Positions 12,541 through 22,700 of a stretch of 64,000 nucleotides of DNA are shown piece by piece. Source of the stretch: Monocercomonoides exilis PA203 (lineage: Eukaryota > Protista > Preaxostyla); the NCBI GenBank assembly GCA_001643675.2, contig LSRY02000012.1:434001-498000 (forward strand), written 5' to 3'. A model generated the notes under the pieces. The model did no database searches. It had not been told where the DNA came from and worked only from the letters and a program-made list of their open reading frames with translations. Positions within the stretch are counted from its first letter, which is position 1; every line of letters starts with the position of its first letter. The position numbers were made by a program, and so were the translations under genes.

Positions 12541-13273
12541 CTCTAATAACGAACTTCAGCTGAGAAGATCCAACAACAGGAAAGAGTGGATCCAAAGTTC
12601 ACATAGAAACAACCAACGAGAATTTTCAGGTTCGGCTTGCCTCCTTTCATTTAGTCCATCACCCAAGATTCTCAAATTGCACACTCATCAAGGATATTGG
12701 AACCTGATGACCAGTGAACGGCAATCAACAAAGTACAGTCGAAACGGGATATAATCACATCTCACATAATCACTTATGTTTGCAAATTAACTTTTGAATT
12801 CATGAACAAATTATATTTTTCATTCATTTTCCATTGCATATTATCACAGTGCAAAATATATGAAATCACTATTTTTTTCATAATTGGTGATATTTTCATT
12901 GAAAAATTGACTTTCTTATCAAAATTTTCGACTTTTTGATTTTTCAAAATTATGTTAAAATAAGTCTGAATGATGCAAATTTATGATGAAAATTGATTTC
13001 ACAAGTGAAAAATGAATATTTGTGTATAATTTTCAAAAATAGAATATTTGAATCAAAAATTTTTTATATAGAATTTAATATTTGTTTTTTTCTGTGAAAT
13101 GCAACAACATATTTAATCACAATCAGATATTGACACAAAAAGTTGTTCAAAAACAGATGTGATAAAATCCGGTTTTAACTGAAGAAGGGACTTAGGATAC
13201 AGGCAGCATTCTGAAGATCATGAGTTCCACACGGAGAACTTTTCTAAATAACAGAAAAGCCCAATTCTTAATG

Positions 13274-13373
13274 CTCCCATCAAAGAGAGGTGTCGTGGAC
13301 GACGATTGTTCTTAAGAATCACGTGACTTTTCACTTTTATTCGGAAAGAACAATCAATCAACGACATCCCTCT
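13274..13373. repeat. Internal complementary region (ICR) of the DIRS element
   Basis: 13274-13319 is the reverse complement of the left end 8806-8851 (40/46 identical by eye). 13344-13358 (gaaagaacaatcaat) is the exact reverse complement of 13835-13849 at the right end. Confidence 0.75.
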
Positions 13374-13774
13374 TGCCTTCCCAAAGCTTAACTCTTTGCA
13401 CAACTCAACATAAAGAAGAAACAGGGAAAGAGAGAGCTGTCGTTGAGAAAGGCGTGTCAACTTCAATCAAAACAAGGAGACAAGACATTTGAAATAGCAA
13501 GCCAACGAGAGGATAATAGATCCAGTAACAAGGATCGAAGCATTAACATTTGCCTTCGTAAAAGCTAAAGCCTATGCCTTAACAACACCTGACTCAACAC
13601 ACAAGCTACAGCAACCACCAAACTCAACCGAAGCTACATCAGCACAGCATTCAAATACATATGATCCATCATTCACAATTCCGAACTCAGTGACACCTCA
13701 CTGCGTTTTGCTTTTGCACAATTAATTTATCTAAACAAAACTTTGTTTTATTTTTAACTTCATCCATTATTGTT

Positions 13775-13849
13775 TTTGTGAACGACGAGTTATTAAAATA
13801 GCGCTCTCACTCCCATTACAGAGAGGTGTTGAAAATTGATTGTTCTTTC
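13775..13849. repeat. Right inverted terminal repeat of the DIRS element
   Basis: tttgtgaacgacgagttattaaaatagcgctctcactcccattacagagaggtgttgaaaattgattgttctttc is an inverted, diverged copy of ~8812-8888. Confidence 0.8.
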
Positions 13850-14519
13850 AAAAAATATTTCTTAAAATTATCTTATTGGTATGATCATTAATTTTTGATA
13901 AAAATTACTTGCAAACAACATTAATCTTTCTGTTTTGTAACGAATATTCCTTTTATTTGAGAAATTTTTCATTCGTGAATAAAGTTATTAAAAAGTTTTA
14001 TTATTCTTAAGAACAATATTCTATCCGGTCTCTATGGACCCTCCAACATTATTATTATTCCTACTATTATTGTGACCAACCGACGAATTTTCATATTGTC
14101 CATATTTCGATAGATGAATGAGGGAAAATTCGAAATTTCTAGCTTTTCATGCACTAAGCATGAAAAATTTTGATTCACTCATAACTTTATCAATCATTCT
14201 CAGATTAAAAAATTAATTGGTTTTTGTTATCTGCAAATAGCCATAATAGATGTTATTATAAAAAGTTTTGTGACATTCCACGATTGTCATAAAATGAATC
14301 AATTATAATATAATTATTTAAACGCAAAAAGTTCACTAAAAGCACAAATATTTTTAGTGAAAATGCCTGAAATCAAATATTTTGTCCCATATTAACATTC
14401 GAAACATTTTTGAAAAAAAGGATAAATCTAATTTTCTTTTTATTGAAATCATAAAACCTGACTAATAATGATTTATTAACATTTGTTATTTTCTTATTTG
14501 AATTTGACTTTTTTTGAGA

Positions 14520-15480
14520 ACTCCTTCATCTGATAAAAATTGTGGTTCAACGACAAATCGTACTCAATGTGATATTTTTTTATGCTATTGATCATCATGT
14601 TGAATAAGACACTTTCGTATATTGTTGAAGAAAAGTGTGGCAGAACGAAAAGAACAACCACATAGCCTCTGTTTAACGTTTATTACAGTTTCATCTGCAT
14701 TCATTGATTTCTGTTGGTGATCACAATAAATGTTTTGCAAAATATCATTCTCAATCTAAAAAAATCTTCAGATTTAAATTTTCGTATGCTATGAAAACAA
14801 TTAATATGCTTATAAATATAAAGAAAACGATTGAGAAGAAATCGATGAGGTTATTTTTGAAGAAAAAAATTGATTAAAGGAAATTTTACTGGAATCAAAA
14901 ATCAACTTTTTCGATGATTCTAGTTTTCTCTCACTAATCTGCGAATATTTCACAATCAATTTATCTGACTCAAATTTCAAATGGATGATAGAAGCAAAGA
15001 GAAGCAAACAATTTACTTGGGACAAACGCTGATGCAACAAAAAATTGGATCAAGCTTTGCAGAAGAAAACGGGTGGGAGGACGTGGAAGAAATTGGATCA
15101 AGCGGAAGAATATACGCTACGAATATGTTAATGACAGAGGAAGTGAATATTTTTTTTTAACAAATTCAGGAGGCATTATTATGGATTCGATTCACACAAA
15201 TGAAAAGCTGATTCAAATTATTTGTGATGAAATGAAAACACAATCATACGGGTAATTGCAATCTCAAATTTTATTCGGCAAAACCCAAAGCCAACACTTT
15301 ATCCAATATGAATACGTTTTATTCGTTCTATCCCAAAAATCTAATAAACACATCAAGAATAAAGAACTTCATTTTATTTATAAAAGGCAATGATTTTGAA
15401 ACACAAGAATCTTCTAAATTTGTCCTCATAATTATTTAATCTTTGCGACAAACCGTCAAAATCCATACTCTTCTAAATCT
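14520..15480 (+). pseudogene. Possible decayed fragment of the Cys-rich surface-protein family
   Basis: Broken frames give SDKNCGSTTNRTQC../YAIDHH and ..RRHYYGFD, resembling the D..CG....PC.T...A and FYG.D motifs of the neighbouring 16787-25474 gene. Many stops; weak call. Confidence 0.25.
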
Positions 15481-16786
15481 CTACAGACATGACAATAAAT
15501 CAATTCTGTTTTGATCACATTGTTATAATTTTTCATTGAAAAATGAAATCATGATCATTTTAAAGTATTTTTCCTTTCTGAATTCAAAATGCGCGCATGT
15601 TCAAAAATTTTCATAATGTTGTTGAAAAATTAATGTAAAAGACTGACAAAAAACAATGTAGGTTTTTCTTCATGTCTGGAAAAGATGTGTTTTTTGTGAC
15701 GAGGATTATTATGTCTTTTGAGACAAATAAATTGATAAAGAATGAAAAATAAAATTAGGATTAGAGGCAGTTACCGAATGAACAGAAAAATTGTTTGTCT
15801 TTTTCATCGACTGTATGTTTCCTCTTCATCATAAAATAAATTACATTTTTTTATAATCAAATAAGGCTTAACCAAATATCATCACAGGAAACATAATCAA
15901 CATCAATAATTGTCACAATTAACTACACTTGAATGTTTCCAAACCAAATATCTATTTGTTTTCAATTGTCCATTATCAAAAGTTTTAATTTGCATGGGTG
16001 ATTATTATTGAAATCATAATTTTATCGGGATGATAATATTAATTTTGTTTTTATGTTAGAACCATAAAATATAGTGATAATGAAAAAAGTTCAATTATTG
16101 TTACAAAATGCTATGATTCAGATAACATTTATTTGAAATGAATATTTGGATGACGTTGGAACTTCTCAGTATTCATTTATCGGTATTCAGATTTAATTTT
16201 CAAACTGAAATTTTAGATGGAAAAAATATAGATGCATATTTAATCGCACGTATCAATGGAATAAATTGTCTTTTACAAAATTACGTGTGAACTCACATTA
16301 AATAGCAATATTATTGTTTTCCATTTCATGTCGGTTGAAAGTGTAATTTTATTATTTTTTTTTAATAAACATTATTCCGTTTTAAAAAAAAAAAAAAGAT
16401 TTTCATCTTGATTCATTTCTGATGCATAATTTGCATTAATATTGAAATATTTTTATTTACAGTATTTTTCGAAAGTATTCTGTGAACAGTTATAATAAAA
16501 TATATGTTTACATCAAATTCCGTTTAAATGATTTTTCAAAAATTTTCAGATTCGACTTTTGTTTAAAAAAAATTACCTTTTCTCATTTATTTGTTTTTTC
16601 AACCAAAGAATTGTTCAGCTGACAAAATGAAACATCTTGAATTTAATATTTTATATTTTCAAATTTGAAATAAATATATCTATATTGACAAAATTTTAAT
16701 TGTTGTTTAGTATTTTTTATATTATGATCAGAAACCATCTTATAATTGTTTTATTCATTTATCTTTTGTTATTAATTTGTAGCAAC

Positions 16787-19700
16787 ATGTGGATATTTAA
16801 GGGTTTTAAATTAAAACCCTTATTATCTTTAATTTTTCTTATTTTTAGATGCTTTTGTATGCATTCATTTTATCGTACGAGAAATGATTTTTCGCAAATA
16901 ATTACCACACATTCATTTGATGAACAGAATGAGAATAAATATTTATCTCATCTTTTTAATTTTTCATACATTAATGCTGATAGTTTTATTTTGTATCGAC
17001 GACATTCTATTATTTCTTTTGAGAGTCATAAAAATTCTTTTTTTGAAATACGAAATTCATCTGTTATGATATCAAAAATTTGGTTTCATTTGTCAGACGT
17101 CACTTCAATTTCTTTGCTTGATACATCTTCTTCATCTTCGTATGTAGATTGTCATTTTCTTTTTGAAAAAGAATATCTATCCCCGCTTTTCTCTTCAACG
17201 GGTTCAATCGCATTAAATAATATTAGTTTTGATTTTTCAATTCACTCACAACATAACCTTGCTCCTTTAGCTTATTCACCAACTGCGCAAGGCACTGTTT
17301 CACTCTCAAACACCAATCTTGATTCATTTCAACTTGCTTTGAAACCACTTTGCTCATTTTTATGTGAAAGCGAAAATTATGCAGAGTTCGTCTCATCTTC
17401 TTTCTTTAGCAACATTACAGTTAAAGAAAAACAGCTTGATGGTAAACATCAAATTGTTAAATGCTATGAACGTTTGACGAGATTGGACAATTGTGCGTTT
17501 TCGAATATGGAAAATCCTACACACCGTGGGATAGTGAGAGGAATAACTAAAACATTTCCAGGTCACTCCTTTCATATGAAAAATTGTACGGTTAGTTCTT
17601 GCTTTCGAGTCGCAACACAAGAGGAGTATGCAGCGAACCAAACAGATAGAATTTTCACAACATCTGGAATTTTTATTGATGATACAATCTTCGTTTTTTG
17701 TTCCATTGTATCACCAGATTATCAAACAAATCCAACCGAATTCTGTGGCGGAGGTTTATGCATTAGAGGGCAACCTCAACTTGGCAATTCAACATTACCG
17801 TATCTTCTGATGTCAAGTTCACAATTTGCAAATTGTACATGCAGCGTAGATGGAGGGGGCTTGTACTCGAGAAATTTGGGAACCGTATTTTGCTCTAACG
17901 TGGAGTACCACAACTGTACGGCAGTAAACGGAAAAGGGGGTGGCTTTTGTGTTGGTGACGTGCTTTCAGGTCCTTCATTCTGTGACCATTGGTTTATATC
18001 GTGCAAATCAGGAACAGAAGGTTCTGGAGTGGCCATAGACACATTTTCTCTTGGCGAATGCTTTTGCACTACAGATTCTTGGAGTACAACCGACCGTTTA
18101 GAATATGTGTCCGAGATAAATCAAACAAATATTTCGAATAAGCTTCGATCATCTTTTGATGCAAAGGATTATAGTGCTTTGAATTCTTCGGAAAATTCGT
18201 CGGCAGGTCCGCTCACAAAAAACAAAAGCACTTTGTTTAGAAATGCTTCTTCTATTCCTGAAATCAACATTTTTCATAATTTCTATTTTGTGATGTGCTC
18301 AACTACTTTACAAGGTGTGGGTGCAATGTCTATTTCATACAATTCCAAAATGCAAGTGCCATTAACAGGAACACTCTTTTATGAATGCTATTTTTCAGAT
18401 TGTTCGCAGTATAACGGTCAATATGATATCATAATAAACGATGATCTTTTCTGCTCCCCGATTTCGACGCCTTTTCGGTATTCTTTTTCTTCATCTCCTA
18501 TGCCACTTGTCTTTTTTCCTCGAACAAACACAACAAAGCAAAATTGGATATCATCAGGATTAACTCTATCAAGAAGAATAGTTTCACTCGACGCGACAAT
18601 TATCGACTTTTCGCTCACATGCGGAGCAGCATACTTTAATCCATGCTTACTATTAAGCATGGCGAACGATTACGCTTCTTCAACAAGCACATGCACTTTT
18701 CTCATCCGTGGTAACGAGCCTATTGATTTAGATTTTGTACTTGATACCCTTTCGCGAAACGTCATGATAGATGGAGACACCATAAATTCAACGAAGCTCC
18801 ATGTAACTACTTCGCCAAATCTTGGACAATTTAAAGTTGAAACAGGGACACTTGTTGTCACAAAAACTACATTAGTAATTGATGGCTATGATCCTCAATC
18901 AACTTTGTCTTCTGCTTTGCTCCAGTGCGTTAGTGTTGGTGAATATTATGGATCAGTATTAATTTCTTCAGCAAAAATTGAGCACAAACTGTTTAATAGC
19001 GCATTCAAGTCCCGTTATTTGGTGTATGCAACAAGAGGCATTTTCTCATTTGCTAATGTAGAAATCAAAGATTTTTCTCTTGGAGAATTTCCTCTTTTCT
19101 TGGCCATTAGATCTCCATTAGATGATACTACAAGCGCTTTCGTACAAATTGAAGTTCATAACAGTAACATAACAAACTGCACAGGCAGTACCACTAACTC
19201 AGCCATGCTAGTTGAACTTGGATTTGATGATGATTATATGATTCACCCTCTTTTGACAAAATTAACAATTAGAGATTGCAAATTGGAAAACCTATCTTCA
19301 TTATCTTCTGTCCAAGGAGGTTCGATCTGGCATTGCTGTCAGACTGATTCGAATCTGAATGTGAATAACACGCTAATTTCTAGCTGTCAATCATCGTTCT
19401 CTCAGCCTCCCTCGGCAACTGAAGGAAGAGGAGGATTTGCTTACATTACCTGCAAAATCTCTTTGCCTCTGTTCCAGTTTCAAAAAATTACTTTCACGAA
19501 CAATCTTGCAACATACGGAAGAGATATCTTTATCAATTGCATAGACATAGCATCGACAATCAAGCGACAACTGTTTGACATCAATTTTGATCGGCAGGTT
19601 TTTAACATAACCAACGCGTTTTATGGAGAGGATCTGACTCATCTTATGCCTATTGACTTACTTGATTACATCACATATCGAGATACGATCGTTGTGGTTG

Positions 19701-22700
19701 ATGGGAGGGATGAATCTCAAGGAGGCACCGGCGATGATTGGTTTAATTGCGGAAGCTCATTGTATCCCTGCAGAACGCTTGCTACAACACTCAAGAGAGT
19801 TTCAAATGAAAACGAAACGTCTTTGTTTGTGGTGGAATTAGCCTCAATAGAAAAGGAAGTTATCATAAAAAGGCTTATTCTCGCTTCACTGGGTTTTTCT
19901 AGCATCGCGACATGCGAAATAAATTCTCCAATAGACGGAATGGAAGAATCAGTCATTTCAACAGAACAGATGCTTTTTGTTGCATTTATAAAGTTTAATT
20001 GTCCAGCAAATTTAGATTTAAACAACAGGCATTCACTTTTGTTCACCACTTCAACTGCTGACATTTTCTTCAGTAATGTCATTTTTGCGCCAAAAAGTGA
20101 TTCAATTCGTTCGTTGTCTTATTCTCTGATCAAGGGGCTGAATGGAAAGATTGAATTTTTTTCAGTTAAGGCAGAATTTCCGGCTTTGACATCTTTCGCT
20201 TCTTCTCTTTTTCAAGCTCCATCATTACAATTAACTTCTTTTGTGCCTATAACATGTTATTTGAGTAATTTTACCAACATTTCTGTTGATTCTGGGAGCA
20301 TCTTTCGGGTTATAGAAAGTAGTTCGATAGATGTGCATTCAGTTGTTGTTGTTAATCAATCTCGTTTCAGTAATATTAAATCATCCTCATCTTCCGCGTC
20401 ACTGTTGGACACACTCGGAGATGCTTCTTCAAGCAGTGCGAAAGTTAATTTGCATGTGAATGACTCTTCCTTCAAAGAATGCTCAGCAACATCTTCCGAA
20501 GAAGGAGGCGTCTTCTGCGCTTCATTTTTGCTTCAAGAAGACTTCATTGTTCTCAATAAAACCACCTTCGATTTGTGCTCCTGCGAAACGGCGACGAAAG
20601 GAAGAGGTGGAGTCTTATTTTTGCACTGCGTCAATAACGATGCTAATTTTCTGGTGAACAATACTTTCTTTACTGCAAACAATGCCAAATATGGACGAAA
20701 CATGTTTATAAGCTGTCCTTCTCTTGAAGATGCTATCAAAAAAGAGAAATTTTTGGTTTCCTTTGAACAAGATGTTTTTGATCCCGATAACACATTTTTT
20801 GGCAATGACACAACAGGGAATTATGACGACCCAACGGATGTCCTATATTTCATAAGGTATATTAGCTTTAGTGTTTATATCGACGGACGCTCTGAAAGCG
20901 AAGGAGGCATCGGCAGAGATTGGTTTCTGTGTGGGAACGAGACTTCGCCGTGTAAAACGATCATATATGCAAGCTATCATTTGGAATCCAGCGAGACAAG
21001 ACCGTCTCTCCTCGTACAACAAAAGACATTTCTCGGAACAATCAAGGATTTCTCCAATATTACTTTGAAGGGAATGAACGGGATTGTTGAAATTTTCGTC
21101 AACCAATTCATTTCTGGAACAGGGGAATCGATAATATCAAGTGCGGGATTTATGCTCTTTTCATCGCTGTCATTCAACGTTCCGCAATCATTCACATCGT
21201 CAAGTTCTTCTCCATTGGCGATTACATCTCTTGTTCAATCACAAGGAATCCAACTGATTATCGACACATGCACTTTCACTTCTCAAGCCGGTCCAACTGC
21301 AGCAGTGAACTATGCATTGATTCAAGTATTGGCTGGCATGCTGAATGTGAGCAATATGACTGTGGATTCAATGTCCGTCTCGTCATCAGTTTTTCTATTA
21401 GGTGTGGATGATCTTTCCACTCAAAAAATCAGGAACTGCACGTTCTCAAGTCTGTCCTTCCAAAATGGAGCATTTATAAGCATTCTGCCAACGTCATTCA
21501 CATCTTTGTCATTGTCGAATTCAGATCGTTCGGGGGCTTCCTATTTACCTTCATATATCTCCAGCGATGCGACACAGACAATTCTTCTTGATTCAAATCA
21601 GTTCAGAGACATCTCTCACAAAGCCAATTCGCCGTGTTTGATATCATTTTCCTCGCCAAATATTGCCTCTATTGAGTTTCAGTCAGGCACTGTTGAAAAT
21701 TGCACATCAGATAAAAGTCTTGAAGGTGGCTGCTTTTTTGTAAACATTCCCATTGACTCATCAAACACACTGTTTGTCAACCAGACAGTCTTTAGCTATG
21801 GAAAAGCAAACACAACAGCTGGGAAAGGAGGGATGTTCTTTATCGACGGGAAGGTTCCTGGGATGCCTACCGATGAGATACCGATACATTTTAACTTGCT
21901 TCGCTTCAAGTTTGTTTGTACATCCTTCTTGCTTAACGAAGCTTTCATTGGACGGGATGTCTACGTTCGAGGATACTACTCCCAAAAGGAGCTGCACTCA
22001 TCGAATGTGGAGATCGACTTTACCAACCCGTCTTTCAACGAAACCAACGCCTTTTATGGCGAAGACGCTATTCATCCATCCATCGACTTGCTGGACTTTT
22101 TCAATGTTGCTCTGCTTCCTGTTGTGGTAGTATCTCCAAGCGGAGCAGATTCACGTATTTGTGGTGATGTAAATGCACCATGCTTAACATTCTCTATGGC
22201 TTTGCGCCATATTCTGACTGAAGACACTATATCATCTGAACCTTCTCTGCTTGTTAATTCAACTACAGCTCTGGATATCGAGGTGGAAATTCGGGCAATA
22301 ACTCTTGCCTCATTCAGCGATGCACGGGCAGTGATCGATATGAACCAGACGTGGAGCAAAGTGTTCGCCTCTTCAGCTGGAATACTAGCGACCTCAGATG
22401 ATGTCGAAATAAAGCTGATTTCTTTCCAATTCGGTCAGTCGTTTTCAACGGACCACAATTCGCTTATTTACCAACACAACAGCACACTCACAATCTCCAG
22501 CACATCTTTTGTTGTTCCCTCAGGCTCCAATGGCTACAATGCTGTTCCTCAGCAATCATGCCATTTGATTACAATTGCCAACGGCGAATGCACTCTCGAT
22601 GATTGCAACGTTGCAGGTCTGAACACGACCACGTACTTGATAAGCAGCTTAAAAGGCACCAGTATCATAACCAACCTGTTAGCGATCTCTGATATACAGT

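Larger units (their letters stand above)
8806..13870 (+). mobile_element. Degenerate DIRS1-type tyrosine-recombinase retrotransposon (ITR-gag-RT/RH/MT-YR-ICR-ITR)
   Basis: Remnants of gag-like, RT, RNase H, methyltransferase-like and tyrosine recombinase regions occur in DIRS order. Inverted terminal repeats lie at 8806-8888 and 13775-13849, with an internal complementary region at 13274-13373. The right boundary is approximate. Confidence 0.85.

Noticed and set aside
14144-14166. Perfect 9-bp hairpin ttttcatgc-actaa-gcatgaaaa
   Set aside because: It is short, AT-rich and single, so it is plausible by chance.
16700-16786. ORF-track start (TTG) of the 2924-aa protein
   Set aside because: This is a non-ATG start in AT-rich, UTR-like sequence. 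ATG 16787 gives a better signal peptide.
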